Below the pieces are notes generated by a model that ran no database searches, was not told where the DNA came from, and saw only the letters and a program-made list of their open reading frames with translations. From the sequence record NC_070998.1: 64,000 bases of DNA; one strand, given 5' to 3'. Both the position numbers and the translations under genes were made by a program. Positions 37,829-48,817 of the stretch are shown one piece after another (position 1 is the first letter of the stretch; every line of letters begins with the position of its first letter).

Positions 37829-38920
37829 ATGGCTAACGAATTTGTACCTACTGTAAAGAGTCCAAGTAAGGATAATCTTTACGAAGAAGTAATGAAACCT
37901 TATGAAGAAGGAATGAACTTCTTCTTGAATAAAACTGTTACTGTAGATAACACTGAAGTAACCGAAGAGAATAAAGAAACTGTCGCTGGTTTAGAGTCTT
38001 TGATTAAAACCTTTACCAAGGAAAATAATACAGCTTTAGTTCTTGATCTTGATAATGAAAGTTTTATTAGCTATCAAGGTAGCGAAGGGTTTGGTACTAA
38101 GGTACGTAAAGGTATCGATGTCCTTATTCAGTTTGTTAAGGATGCGGTAAGTTGGTTAATGTCTTTAATCAACAACAAACTCTTTAGGATTGACAATCGT
38201 ACTTATCGGGTAACGTCACGTCGTAAACGCTTTGGGTTGACCCAGGAAGATGTTAAGTATCCTGCCGGTATGAGACGTCTACTTGTCCCTAACAAGGTCA
38301 CAGATGACGCTCAGTGGGTTTATGCTTCATTGGAAGATGTTAATGACTTCTATCTTAAAACTGTTCAAGTTTACAAAGATCTAATTGGTCAGATTGCCAA
38401 GAATCCAACTACCTTTGATCTACACCAAGCTATGAATGATGTCACCACTGTGATGATTCGTGGTTTAGGTATGAAACAAAATGGCAAAAATGTTGAAGGT
38501 ACTACAAGTTGGGTAACTGATATTCTTCCTGGTAATCGTTATTTCCGTTTTGATGCAAGCACTGATAATAACACTGATCGTGTAAACATCTATTTTGAAG
38601 ATACAACTATGGATGTTAAACTTCGTTCACAGACTTTCTCTCCCACTAGTTTCATGATTGATAAAACTCTTGCTAAGATTAAAGAGCTGGTGGATAACAT
38701 CAGATCTAATCAGAAAACAGTTGGTGAGTTGTATCGTAAGTTTGAGAAAGAAGTTCTCCATTACGAAATGAAGCAAGATTATCAAATGACGAAGGATCAA
38801 AAGGATTATCTTCGTTGGTTAGTGCGTATGAATAAGAAGCTCTGTAGCTTGTCAATTCAATATGTCACAGCAGCGGTGGATGTTTCTTTAGATTTTTGCG
38901 AAGCGGGGATTAAGGAATGA
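37829..38920 (+). CDS. Internal head protein (start ATG 37829)
   Basis: TAGGAG SD; AGLES and QGSEGF motifs, amphipathic helix. Confidence 0.75.
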   Translation: MANEFVPTVKSPSKDNLYEEVMKPYEEGMNFFLNKTVTVDNTEVTEENKETVAGLESLIKTFTKENNTALVLDLDNESFISYQGSEGFGTKVRKGIDVLIQFVKDAVSWLMSLINNKLFRIDNRTYRVTSRRKRFGLTQEDVKYPAGMRRLLVPNKVTDDAQWVYASLEDVNDFYLKTVQVYKDLIGQIAKNPTTFDLHQAMNDVTTVMIRGLGMKQNGKNVEGTTSWVTDILPGNRYFRFDASTDNNTDRVNIYFEDTTMDVKLRSQTFSPTSFMIDKTLAKIKELVDNIRSNQKTVGELYRKFEKEVLHYEMKQDYQMTKDQKDYLRWLVRMNKKLCSLSIQYVTAAVDVSLDFCEAGIKE

Positions 38921-39450
38921 TCGCTGATATTAATCTGATAAATGAACGAATCTTGAAACAGTTGTTTATTTATCAGTTAAACAAGGTTAATCGCAGTAAT
39001 CTTCAAATTGATGTAGATTCAGTTCACTTTGCTAAAACTTCTGGTAATAAAGTTCTACTTAGGGATAACAGTTCCCCGGCTGGTGTTGTTGTTAACAAGA
39101 TCTCCATTAATGATCTATTCGGAGAAGAACTAGACTTAAGTCAATTTAAAAACCTGAAAATTATTCAACAAATTAAAGGTAACTTTTACCAGGACGAGCT
39201 CAGTGCTGTTATAAACGATTTCAACGCTAAGATGACTAAAGTTACAGTAACTGAAGAGACCGACGTTATAGAAGGTTTTAGGGGCATTCCTGAAGACATT
39301 CTAAATGACTTTGTTTTGTTCTGTAAAGTTACAGGGTTCTTTGGGTTAAAAGCCAAAGATATTTCATTAACAAAACAAGATAATGTTCTCACTATTGAGA
39401 TCCCTGGTGCTCATCTTCTTTTCTCTGGTCAACTAAAGGTTTTGGTATGA
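38917..39450 (+). CDS. Hypothetical virion protein, 177 aa
   Basis: ATGA overlap with the previous gene. Confidence 0.75.
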   Translation: MIADINLINERILKQLFIYQLNKVNRSNLQIDVDSVHFAKTSGNKVLLRDNSSPAGVVVNKISINDLFGEELDLSQFKNLKIIQQIKGNFYQDELSAVINDFNAKMTKVTVTEETDVIEGFRGIPEDILNDFVLFCKVTGFFGLKAKDISLTKQDNVLTIEIPGAHLLFSGQLKVLV

Positions 39451-39992
39451 TAAACATTGACCGATATAAACAACTAAAACAGTGTTTGGTGATCTTTGAA
39501 GCTTTGTATTTAAAGTCTGTTGTAAAAGTAGATAACTGTCAAATTGATTTAGAAAAGCTCAAAGCTAATATTGTTTCCATTATCGATGGAATTGAGAAAG
39601 ACATGGTTATCCCTGTTAATCTCCTACACACTAAAAGAGCTTCTCTGGATGTATGGGATTTGGAACGAGTTTTTGTTAAAGCTCTCCAAGCTGTAACTGA
39701 TAATGAAAACTTAGGATCTTACACAATCGAAGAAAAGTTACATGACTATCCAAATTTCAAATTGTTGGTTGAAACCTTCTACTCAGAAAGAGAAAGAAAC
39801 ATTGTCCACGAAGATCTGAAACTTCCAACTGTTAGGTTGTTAGCGGCAGTAGAGGAAGCTTTTGGATTTATTAACATGTACGTTAATAAACGCGATCTTC
39901 GTCCCAATTTAAAACTCATTGACATGTTGAATCTTGTCAACCTTATTCACACAGTTGAGTTTGTGTTTGAACTCACCAATGAACACGCTTGA
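39447..39992 (+). CDS. Hypothetical protein, 181 aa
   Basis: ATGA overlap with the previous gene. Confidence 0.75.
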   Translation: MINIDRYKQLKQCLVIFEALYLKSVVKVDNCQIDLEKLKANIVSIIDGIEKDMVIPVNLLHTKRASLDVWDLERVFVKALQAVTDNENLGSYTIEEKLHDYPNFKLLVETFYSERERNIVHEDLKLPTVRLLAAVEEAFGFINMYVNKRDLRPNLKLIDMLNLVNLIHTVEFVFELTNEHA

Positions 39993-39999
39993 GGTTAAA

Positions 40000-40893
40000 A
40001 TGATTAACGTAACAACACTTAACCCAGAATACGGTGACCAGATTTGTGGGTCGGTCCCCGAGGCGCCTGAATTTCCCGTCACTCTGGTTAATGATCTTGA
40101 TCACGTAGAAGAAGTACTAGATGGTTATTCACAACTTCTTTCTCACGATGAGATGGAACTGGCTAATCTACAGGGCTCTGAATGCTACGCCATGACCGTT
40201 CTTAAGCTTCGTGGGTACGAAGGGTGTGAGTCATGGATGGAAACGCTTAAAAAGAGCGCTGAGGCTGCTTATAAAGCAATCATTGAAACACTACGCAGCA
40301 TTAAAGAGTTCTTCTTTGGCGAAGGCGAGAAGCAGGTTCAAGCTGCTGATGAGAAAGCGCAACAATCTGTAGAAGCCTTAGCGGAACTAGATAAATCTGC
40401 TCCTGTACCGGATGGTAAAGTTAAAGAACCCACTTCTTACTTTAAAGGACTAGGTGAATCAGTGGAACATCAGAAACTACTTGATAAACACCCTAGCATC
40501 AAACAAGTTATTGATAAAATTAACCAATCAGTTTCTAGAGTTGCTAATTCACAAACCGTAGGACAACTTGGAGCTGTTTATCAAGACATCCGTAAGTCAG
40601 CTGCTGGTGCTGCTGAAGAACTTACCAAAAAGCTTAAAGAGAGTATTAGTAAAGCTGAGAAAGCAGCTAATGAAATGAAGTCACCAAAGACCGTAGCTGA
40701 TGATGCTCCGCAGGAAGTTAAAGACGCCGCTAAAGCAGAGCACAAAGAAACTGTTGACGAAGCTAAAGATGAAACTAAACAATCTCGTTTGATCGCAAGT
40801 CTTCGTAATAAAATTGTCACTGTTTTAAATGCTGTCTCTTCTAATGCTAATTCTGTTAAGGTAGAAAAGCCTGAGTCAGAATTCAAAGGTTAA
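40000..40893 (+). CDS. Internal head protein (start ATG 40000), paralogue of 17487-18410
   Basis: GAGGT SD; QGSEC and EGCES motifs; FFFG motif. Confidence 0.78.
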   Translation: MINVTTLNPEYGDQICGSVPEAPEFPVTLVNDLDHVEEVLDGYSQLLSHDEMELANLQGSECYAMTVLKLRGYEGCESWMETLKKSAEAAYKAIIETLRSIKEFFFGEGEKQVQAADEKAQQSVEALAELDKSAPVPDGKVKEPTSYFKGLGESVEHQKLLDKHPSIKQVIDKINQSVSRVANSQTVGQLGAVYQDIRKSAAGAAEELTKKLKESISKAEKAANEMKSPKTVADDAPQEVKDAAKAEHKETVDEAKDETKQSRLIASLRNKIVTVLNAVSSNANSVKVEKPESEFKG

Positions 40894-40902
40894 GGGATCG
40901 GT

Positions 40903-41904
40903 ATGAGCTTTAAAGAGCAGGTACACTCACTCCTTCCTCCTGGAAGCACCTTCCTTCGAATGTTCTCTGAATCTCCTACACGTAGTAAAGTAGAGTATCA
41001 ACTAGGGGAACAGTGGAATGGTGTTGTAATTGATAAAGTAGATTTAGGTAAACTCTCAGAAGTTATTCCATTTATCTCTTTAACCTCCCCTTGTACTATG
41101 AATGATCTTTATAAACAGATTTCTGATCAGTTTGATTTAGGTCTGGTACAAGGAACCGATTACAATGATTCCACTACACTCTCACTAGACTCTACCGATC
41201 GTTATCTAACGTTACCCGTACTTCCAGATAGCCTTGGTTACTATGGGGAGTTCAAATGCCGTGTAAGAGCATCTGGTGATAGTTTAAACAGTTACCTTAG
41301 TGATCGCGATCTTACTACTATTTCTTTTGATAAACTATTTCCTTTAACTACTCTACGTTTTTATCTTGTTTCTAGAATTTTCTCATTACCCACCGGTAAA
41401 CTCTTTTCTGATGTTGGATTAAGTTCTGGCTTCATTAATGAATTAGTTACTACTTTGAATAAACAGTTTCCTATCTACTCTACAGAGTGTCTTGAAGAAC
41501 TGTTACAACGTGGTCAAGTAACTGGTTTAGTTAATGATGGTATCTCTGATCTCTTTGTATTTAAACTTCCTGATGGTAATGAGTTCTTTGTTCGTTTCTC
41601 TAGTCATTGGAATGATCTCCCTAACGTTAATTTTATTTTTAACAGTGGAATTAATACATTGGATGACAACTCGGAAGGGTTGCTATCTGGAAGTGAATCA
41701 GTTGACTTGGAGAATCCGGTTGAGAATGAGGGGGAAACTTTATATAAACAAGCATTAACGTTAGTTAATGATCCTAATCCTTCCTTAACTCCAGAGGAGA
41801 ATACTCTTCAATTAGAAGAAGAGATCAAAGAAGAAATTATTATTAACGATAATGGAAAAGAGATAGAAATCATAGAAGAAGAAACAGTTGTTACATTCGA
41901 ATAA
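40903..41904 (+). CDS. Virion structural protein with acidic tail, 333 aa
   Basis: AAGGGA SD; ends at a terminator. Confidence 0.75.
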   Translation: MSFKEQVHSLLPPGSTFLRMFSESPTRSKVEYQLGEQWNGVVIDKVDLGKLSEVIPFISLTSPCTMNDLYKQISDQFDLGLVQGTDYNDSTTLSLDSTDRYLTLPVLPDSLGYYGEFKCRVRASGDSLNSYLSDRDLTTISFDKLFPLTTLRFYLVSRIFSLPTGKLFSDVGLSSGFINELVTTLNKQFPIYSTECLEELLQRGQVTGLVNDGISDLFVFKLPDGNEFFVRFSSHWNDLPNVNFIFNSGINTLDDNSEGLLSGSESVDLENPVENEGETLYKQALTLVNDPNPSLTPEENTLQLEEEIKEEIIINDNGKEIEIIEEETVVTFE

Positions 41905-41914
41905 ACATAACGTT

Positions 41915-41946
41915 ACTCTACCTAACCAATAACGGTTAGGTAGAGT
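41915..41946 (+). terminator. Terminator, CTACCTAACC family
   Basis: ACTCTACCTAACC-AATAAC-GGTTAGGTAGAGT. Confidence 0.8.
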
Positions 41947-41955
41947 TGTTTACTC

Positions 41956-41965
41956 AGATGTTATG
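41956..41965 (+). promoter_or_regulatory. Putative late promoter AGATGTTATG
   Basis: Immediately after a terminator and 20 nt before a structural operon. Confidence 0.5.
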
Positions 41966-41985
41966 AAAACACCATATAGGAGTGG

Positions 41986-43503
41986 ATGGAGATGTTTACA
42001 GTTAAACTACCATCATCGGAAACATATCGAATTTCAGTAAGACCTTCAGTGTTTAAATCATTAGCTCAAGAACTCTGTTACTTTAATCTCCATCAGAAAA
42101 ACCAAATCTTCTTTAATGGTGAAGCTGAAGTTTCTAAATTGATTGGTGGTGAGTATAACGGAAGAAGAGGAAGTGATTTATCCATTGATGTCGGGTACAA
42201 CGATAAGATCTTTGTAGAGTTTGAATCAGAACCTTCTGGATTTAATGACGAATTAGATTCCATGAGAGGAGTTACTACACCATTGTTGTGGCAAGATCCA
42301 TTAACTGGTAGTAGTATCAGACCTATATTCGAAGGTAAGCGTTATACAATCACCATTAACAAGTTCTTTAAGGATAGGGTTACTGCTGAGTCATTCAGAC
42401 GAAGAATTCGTTCAGCGATCTTAGGAGAGCATTTAAATACACTATTTGATTTAGATACGCACTTTCCTATCCCAATGGAAATATTAGCTTGTTATCAAGA
42501 GATCTATAATCGACTAGTTAATGCTAAAGCTGTTGATACTACTGATAGTAACTTTATCAAATGGTTTAGACAAAACAGTTTGGTTCCTACCGATTATATT
42601 AGTAACTTAATTGGTAATAATGACTGTTTAGTATTTAAACAACAAATGGCTGATAACGGAATTGATCATGGCGACGTTCAAATAGCCAAAGTGAACAAAG
42701 GACGCTACATTGGTCAATATGAAGTTAGTTGGAGTTATAGTTACCACTGGAACGAACATACTGAATGGGAATTAACATACCCTATTCAAGTATATCAGCA
42801 ACCAATGAACGTAGAATGGATGCCGGATGACTTTGATAACAATAAACGTAGTTATCCCACTAGACGCTTCCTTGAGTCTAAACTAGCGAGCATGGTATTT
42901 GATTATCTTCAAGATAACGTAAACAAGTATGTTTGCTTACCTAGCCAGGATAATTGGCGTCCTCCAACTACCAACTGGATCTCTCCCCAATTACAAGTAT
43001 TAATTAATCTGGAAGATGTTCAAACAGAACAGGTGTTATTAAATATAACACAGATACAAGGTTTTGAATGGAATCCGACATTCCTCCACTTGATTTTGAA
43101 ATACCATAAGAAAGTAACTAAAAGACATAGTTCACCACTTAATTTTAAATTATATTCTAATAACGTAGAAGTGTTGGAAAGTAATATAGAATTAAGAGAA
43201 AATGGTGACTTAGTGCTTCTAAGACCAGGAACATTAAAGAATATCTATCGACTCACCTTTAACCTCGATACCGCCATTAGGTTATTTGACGATGATTGTA
43301 TTAATGATCTACTAAATGATCTTGAGTACGGCAAAACCATTATCGATACCTTGTTCCCACAATACCCGTTCCCGGCGGATTGGGGGAGTGGTGGCAAAAA
43401 TGACTGGTGGAGTATCTACGACAATGTTGATGTAGGTGACGGTGAATTAATCGAAGAGTTTTCATCATACATGATGGGTCTTGGTATCATCGCTTATCGA
43501 TAA
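41986..43503 (+). CDS. Virion structural protein, possibly neck/tail completion, 505 aa
   Basis: TAGGAG SD; position in the phiKZ gp98-gp101 block (synteny). Confidence 0.6.
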   Translation: MEMFTVKLPSSETYRISVRPSVFKSLAQELCYFNLHQKNQIFFNGEAEVSKLIGGEYNGRRGSDLSIDVGYNDKIFVEFESEPSGFNDELDSMRGVTTPLLWQDPLTGSSIRPIFEGKRYTITINKFFKDRVTAESFRRRIRSAILGEHLNTLFDLDTHFPIPMEILACYQEIYNRLVNAKAVDTTDSNFIKWFRQNSLVPTDYISNLIGNNDCLVFKQQMADNGIDHGDVQIAKVNKGRYIGQYEVSWSYSYHWNEHTEWELTYPIQVYQQPMNVEWMPDDFDNNKRSYPTRRFLESKLASMVFDYLQDNVNKYVCLPSQDNWRPPTTNWISPQLQVLINLEDVQTEQVLLNITQIQGFEWNPTFLHLILKYHKKVTKRHSSPLNFKLYSNNVEVLESNIELRENGDLVLLRPGTLKNIYRLTFNLDTAIRLFDDDCINDLLNDLEYGKTIIDTLFPQYPFPADWGSGGKNDWWSIYDNVDVGDGELIEEFSSYMMGLGIIAYR

Positions 43504-43514
43504 AAGGGTTACAA

Positions 43515-44810
43515 ATGGCTCAAACAGTTATCGGACAGGTCGCTGAACCTGTCCAAGAAGAAAGAGCGATGGATAAAGTCTATAGACACTCCATTGTAGA
43601 ATCTCATTATACGCCTCATACCAGTTTACTCTCTTTTGTATCAGGTTCTCCCACGTTGGTAGAATGGTACAGAGGTAGTTATGGTACAGACGAAGAACAA
43701 CACGCTTTCACTCCTGACTCTATTGAGACTTATAGTTCTTATAAAAGAATCAAAAATCTCATAGTTAAATTAGATGACGGTAATGGTAGTTTCAACTTCG
43801 ATCAAAATAATGCTCAATCTGAACTCACCCATACCGGATATGTGATTTTTGATCTTACTCCCAATAAAGGCGATTTGTTTATCCGCGATATTGGTGACGG
43901 TCGAGCTGGTTTGTTCAAACTTACTGAACAACCAGAGATACGTTCTATCGCTGCTGACAAGTGTTATTACTTCGAAGCCAAACTTCTTGGTGTTGTAACC
44001 GAGGAGATTGAGAATAACTTAAACAGTAAAGTCATCGAAGAGTTATATTACTCCAAAGACATAGCTGTAGCTGGCGGTAACGCCGTCCTTACTAAAGACG
44101 ATACTCAGCTTAATAAGAAGCTCTATGATTTCCAGCTGGCAATTATGGATGAGATCCTTGGTAATCATTTCTTCTCTGATGAAAACACTATAGTTATACC
44201 CAACGAAAAGAATGACTATCTTTACGATCCATATTTAGCTAAGTTCCTCTCTTACACTTTCCCAGTTAAATTACTTGGTAGTCGTAATAAGATTGAATTA
44301 CTCAATGTTAACTATTGGGTGGATTCTGGTAAGATGCAAGAACCTCTTACTATTTGGGATATGTTCTACCGTAATGCTTTTGAACATCCTAAACGGTTTA
44401 AACAAGATTACTTTGTTCATAACAGAAATGAGATGATGAACACCAGAGGGTATGGTAATGTCTACTTTAGCAAAATGGATAGGGTTATTGTAGTTCATAA
44501 ACCGTCTGCTATGGGACAAGCTTACGACTTTAAAGGTGGTTTGTTACCGCAAGGTGTTTATACTCCCCATCCGTCATCAGAGGGTGTAGATTATCCGTAC
44601 TACTTCTCCAAAGAGTTTTACGATGGCGCAGGTACTGAGGCGGAGCAATTTATCTGGAAGATGTTCAGAGATAAAACCATTGGTAAAAAAGAGTTGGTTG
44701 ATGTTCTAGAGAAATTCTGGGATTTGGAACCAGTTGATAAACTATACATGAGCGGGATTTATGTAGGAGCTTGTAAAACAGCTCTGGTAACGTCGAGCGC
44801 TTATGTCTAA
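43515..44810 (+). CDS. Virion structural protein, possibly head-closure/neck, 431 aa
   Basis: PNKGDLFIRDIGDGRAGLFKLT resembles the GD-containing barrel of neck proteins (weak inference). Confidence 0.55.
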   Translation: MAQTVIGQVAEPVQEERAMDKVYRHSIVESHYTPHTSLLSFVSGSPTLVEWYRGSYGTDEEQHAFTPDSIETYSSYKRIKNLIVKLDDGNGSFNFDQNNAQSELTHTGYVIFDLTPNKGDLFIRDIGDGRAGLFKLTEQPEIRSIAADKCYYFEAKLLGVVTEEIENNLNSKVIEELYYSKDIAVAGGNAVLTKDDTQLNKKLYDFQLAIMDEILGNHFFSDENTIVIPNEKNDYLYDPYLAKFLSYTFPVKLLGSRNKIELLNVNYWVDSGKMQEPLTIWDMFYRNAFEHPKRFKQDYFVHNRNEMMNTRGYGNVYFSKMDRVIVVHKPSAMGQAYDFKGGLLPQGVYTPHPSSEGVDYPYYFSKEFYDGAGTEAEQFIWKMFRDKTIGKKELVDVLEKFWDLEPVDKLYMSGIYVGACKTALVTSSAYV

Positions 44811-44825
44811 CACGAGGTATATGAA

Positions 44826-45488
44826 GTGGATCTAACACGCTACAATCACGTTAGAGAGAACTTGGTGAGTCTTTACAAAACGATTACCGAAGAAACCTTT
44901 AATGTTTACATTCCAAAAAGTTCTTTCCTTTCATTGAAACAGATTAAACAAATAGAAAAGAACCCACCTATTAACGGAATGGAGTCTTACGGTAACGTGA
45001 TCGAACGTCCACTTTCTATACTGCGTATGGCTCAGGCCTTTTCAATGGTTGGGGAAGATGACGTTAACTTGGCATTTAGATATCCAAGGAAGGATATTCC
45101 AAGAATCTATAACACTATTCAAGATTACATCATGTATTGGTTAGAGATTAAACGTAACTATGCAAGATTTGATTCTCCTGGATTAGATGAGTTAGAAATT
45201 CTTGAGAAAGTCGCTAAGTATGTTTTCTCTGCTTATAAAGAGTATCATATTCAAGAAGTCAATGATAAGTTCGGTGTCACTAAACAGTCCGATATGACAC
45301 TGATGGATTATATCAAAGGTACTTGGATGTATGGTGAACAGTTCCAAGAGAACATCTCGTTTATAAGTCACCTTGCTGTCTATAGAGAAGAGAATAACCT
45401 TTCCCAGTCTCATCACATTACCCAGAGTTCAAGTGACCTCCTACGCGATCTGATGGCTCTTAGGAACAAATCAGGGATGGGGGATTAA
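44826..45488 (+). CDS. Conserved hypothetical protein, 220 aa (GTG start)
   Basis: GAGGT SD; NGMES motif. Confidence 0.7.
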   Translation: MDLTRYNHVRENLVSLYKTITEETFNVYIPKSSFLSLKQIKQIEKNPPINGMESYGNVIERPLSILRMAQAFSMVGEDDVNLAFRYPRKDIPRIYNTIQDYIMYWLEIKRNYARFDSPGLDELEILEKVAKYVFSAYKEYHIQEVNDKFGVTKQSDMTLMDYIKGTWMYGEQFQENISFISHLAVYREENNLSQSHHITQSSSDLLRDLMALRNKSGMGD

Positions 45489-45490
45489 TT

Positions 45491-46837
45491 ATGGGTTTAA
45501 ACAGCCAAATAGAAGGTTTCTTAAAACAAGCTGGTATTGTTGAAAAGAGATCTGATAAGTTAATTGATAGTACCAGAATTAAAGCAGTAGTGATTACACC
45601 TAAAGCACAGTTTAAGGCATTAGGTGTAACACATTTTACAGAAGTAGCTGATTTCATTTATAACCGTGCAGAAGTAGTAGGTATTAAACTAAGACTTCAG
45701 CCAAGTATTTATTTCGATCACGTTGTTCCTTATCGTGACGATCTAATTATTCAAGTTATTATGGATTCAGAATCAGATATGGTGATACGAGAGTTCGTAG
45801 CTTCCCCTATGGGAGATAAAGACTTTCGAGCCCAAAGTAATAACTCTCAACAAGCCAACTTGGACGCTTATGATGAAACCAACATGGTTGAGTATGAGTT
45901 TCAGTTAATTGATAAGGGTTATAACGTCCTTAAGAACATCCCTGTATCTGAAAACTTCATGATGTGTAAACCAGGTGACGTTCTTCCTCTAGTAATGGAA
46001 ACTTATAGTAAACAGGCTAAAATGCCAAGCGGAGTAAAATACAAAGGTCTGTATTTACATCAACCCATTGATAATCAGAATAACTATAGACAAATACTCA
46101 TACCACAAGGTACAAGGTTAATCGATGTGCCAAGTTATCTACAAGCTCACGATGAATACGGAATTTACTCTAAGGGTCTAGGTAGCTTCTATAAACAGGG
46201 TTATTGGTGGATCTATCCTCTCTTTAACACAGAGCTTGCTGACAAACATTATCGTCCTATTGACATTATCCGTGTCCCTCAGGATAAAATCCCTACTCTT
46301 GATATGACGTTTGTTAAAACCGCTGATGCATTAACTATTATATCCACTGGTTATTCTGAACACAGTGACAACGCCGATGTGCGGAAACAAAACAGTGGTG
46401 TAGGTAAACGGATAGTGATGGCTGATGCCATTGCTGGTGATACTGGTTATCATTATACCAAAGGTAGAGCTGTTACTACTAGAGCAGATTCTCTCCAAGA
46501 GTATAAACTATCAGATAGACGTAACGGTCAAGAGTACATCCCGCTTGATTTGAACCCAACTAGTAACGTTTCTCTCCCTATGAGTGAGAACGCTATGAAC
46601 GAAGGTGAGTTCATTGAAGTGGAATGGCACAATGGCGATGTGGGATATTTGGAACCAGGTCATCCTGTTAAATACCAGTACATGGGTGAAGGCAACGACA
46701 TGGTAGTAAGAAAAGGATCTTTGTTAGGTTATCGACAAGATCATCTTCCTATTACCACTGGACTAGAACCAAACATGAAACGTGTCTGTAAATTACTTCT
46801 ATTTCTCAAACGTCAAGAAAAATATAAAGCAACTTAA
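45491..46837 (+). CDS. Virion structural protein, possibly baseplate-hub-like (phiKZ gp101-like)
   Basis: 448 aa, beta-rich, LEPGHPV near the C-terminus; synteny. Confidence 0.5.
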   Translation: MGLNSQIEGFLKQAGIVEKRSDKLIDSTRIKAVVITPKAQFKALGVTHFTEVADFIYNRAEVVGIKLRLQPSIYFDHVVPYRDDLIIQVIMDSESDMVIREFVASPMGDKDFRAQSNNSQQANLDAYDETNMVEYEFQLIDKGYNVLKNIPVSENFMMCKPGDVLPLVMETYSKQAKMPSGVKYKGLYLHQPIDNQNNYRQILIPQGTRLIDVPSYLQAHDEYGIYSKGLGSFYKQGYWWIYPLFNTELADKHYRPIDIIRVPQDKIPTLDMTFVKTADALTIISTGYSEHSDNADVRKQNSGVGKRIVMADAIAGDTGYHYTKGRAVTTRADSLQEYKLSDRRNGQEYIPLDLNPTSNVSLPMSENAMNEGEFIEVEWHNGDVGYLEPGHPVKYQYMGEGNDMVVRKGSLLGYRQDHLPITTGLEPNMKRVCKLLLFLKRQEKYKAT

Positions 46838-46850
46838 GAACAAACATATT

Positions 46851-46882
46851 GCTAACTCTAGACCTCACGGTCTAGAGTTAGC
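46851..46882. terminator. Bidirectional terminator
   Basis: GCTAACTCTAGACC-TCAC-GGTCTAGAGTTAGC. Confidence 0.85.
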
Positions 46883-46892
46883 TTATTATGAA

Positions 46893-47207
46893 TTATTGAC
46901 AGCCAATACCAAAACTTCTATGACATACAACTTGATGTGTATAAGCGTAACCAGAAACGACACTTACTAACCTAACGCCACATTTTTCATGGTAATTGTA
47001 TTGTAGTTTATTTTGGTCAGTATCTCTTAGTACGAGATTTGAGTCTACAAAAGCCGTGTTGTGAATAGCTACTATAGAATTTATATTAGAAATATAACCA
47101 CCAGAGTCTACTCTACAACCATTAATAACACCAGTAAAAGATTTATCCAACAAAGTGTTCAAATCTTCAGAATTAATGTGTTCATTATATATTGCAATAT
47201 CAATCAT
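46893..47207 (-). CDS. Hypothetical protein, 104 aa
   Basis: AAAGGA SD on the minus strand; downstream of dnaB. Confidence 0.65.
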   Translation of the reverse strand: MIDIAIYNEHINSEDLNTLLDKSFTGVINGCRVDSGGYISNINSIVAIHNTAFVDSNLVLRDTDQNKLQYNYHEKCGVRLVSVVSGYAYTHQVVCHRSFGIGCQ

Positions 47208-47240
47208 GTTTATTTCCTTTTACTCGGTCAGTAGAATTAA

Positions 47241-48779
47241 TTAACCCATGTCATCAAAATCAGAACCACCACCCATAGCTTCACTACGATGAGAGAGTGA
47301 CTTTCTGAAAGTCTTTTTATCAAAGTTTATATCGTGCACTAACCCGTTTAAAGGGTCTAACGGATAGATCCCAAATCTAGCAGATTCAGCAGCACCTTCA
47401 CCCCGCATCTTACCTACATAGTAAGTAAAGTAACATTCGTCATTACTCATCTTAGCTACATGGAACGTAATCTCTACATCTACCTCGTTGGTCAGCTTGG
47501 TAGAACCCTCAGTCATTGATTTACCGCCGATGTCTCTTGCAAAGTAAATTTCAGAATCATCATCGGATTCACGAATAAACTTTTTAGCATCAGGGTTTAA
47601 TTGGTGAGGGGTAAAGAATGCAGCTCCGCGTGAACTAAAGAAGTTACGAGCACGACGATACAAGTCCTGAAGTTTATCGGAGCGAGATTCACCTTGACAC
47701 CCAGTAAGATCTGCCATAGCCAAGTAGTCGTAAGCTCCCACAATAATTTCGTGCCCACGAATTTCCAAGTTACGAACACGCTGCATAATCTCGGTAATGT
47801 TATCGTGACTTGGGTTTACACGAAAGAATTGAAAGTCCCATCCATTATCTTTAAAACCGGAGATAATAGTTTCTACTACTGTATCGGTAGTTGCTTCAAA
47901 GAAGTTTGGTTTAACCCCTGTTTTAGCGGTAACAAAAAGTTCGTACATACGCTTAAAGATCAAACCAAGAGAGTCCTCAGCTGACATCAAACAAACGGTT
48001 GGAATACGACTCTTATCACGCAATACAGGTTTATTATAAAGTGGGACAGATGCCAAGATATGAGCTAGACCAAATGACTTACCGCGGTTAGTCAAAGCGT
48101 TGATCATGTAGAACAACCCACGACGAATACCTAAGTCCGGATAAAGTGCTTCGTTCAAACCAGCTAAGCCAGTTTTCATGATACCTTCGGCAGATGTCTC
48201 AATCTTCAATAGATCAATTACAGCCGCGATAGACTTTGGATCATTACTACTGGATTTCTCCACAACTGCTTTATCAAAGTTATTATCAGTATCTGAAATC
48301 TTAGCTGAGATAAGTTCGTTAATTTTAATCCAATCTTCTCTTGTCAGATCTTCTTCACCATCAAACAAGAATGGACGAACCATGGATTTGAATTCATATC
48401 CAAATTTGTTCTTGACATCATTATCACGAAGTTCTTTGATAATCTCAAAAATTAGCTTACGACTATCTTCCTCGTTATACTTATCGTTAAATGTGTTATT
48501 AAGAAGTTTCTCTAAAGTAGGATCAAGAATAACAATTTCACCAACTTTACTGACTGACAAAGATGTTATGATGTTGGAATCAACAGGTTGTTCCCTTATC
48601 CAAACTAAAAGTTTACGTAAGAGTGCCTCTACTCGTTTATCTTGTTGAACAAGACTTTCCTTACTTTTAGGAACAGATTCGGCCAACAAACTCAATTCAT
48701 CCATCATGTCTGTATCGTGCAACCGCCAAGCTTGAAACATTGCTGTTGCTATTTTGACAAGACGAATTAGGTTATTCAT
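47241..48779 (-). CDS. dnaB: Replicative DnaB-like helicase (phiKZ gp118-like)
   Basis: ALTNRGKS Walker A; LMSAED; AYDYL Walker B; TPHQLN motif; GKMRG arginine finger. Confidence 0.9.
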   Translation of the reverse strand: MNNLIRLVKIATAMFQAWRLHDTDMMDELSLLAESVPKSKESLVQQDKRVEALLRKLLVWIREQPVDSNIITSLSVSKVGEIVILDPTLEKLLNNTFNDKYNEEDSRKLIFEIIKELRDNDVKNKFGYEFKSMVRPFLFDGEEDLTREDWIKINELISAKISDTDNNFDKAVVEKSSSNDPKSIAAVIDLLKIETSAEGIMKTGLAGLNEALYPDLGIRRGLFYMINALTNRGKSFGLAHILASVPLYNKPVLRDKSRIPTVCLMSAEDSLGLIFKRMYELFVTAKTGVKPNFFEATTDTVVETIISGFKDNGWDFQFFRVNPSHDNITEIMQRVRNLEIRGHEIIVGAYDYLAMADLTGCQGESRSDKLQDLYRRARNFFSSRGAAFFTPHQLNPDAKKFIRESDDDSEIYFARDIGGKSMTEGSTKLTNEVDVEITFHVAKMSNDECYFTYYVGKMRGEGAAESARFGIYPLDPLNGLVHDINFDKKTFRKSLSHRSEAMGGGSDFDDMG

Positions 48780-48817
48780 ACGTAACTCCTTGGTGAAAAT
48801 TCTGTTAGGTAACTAAT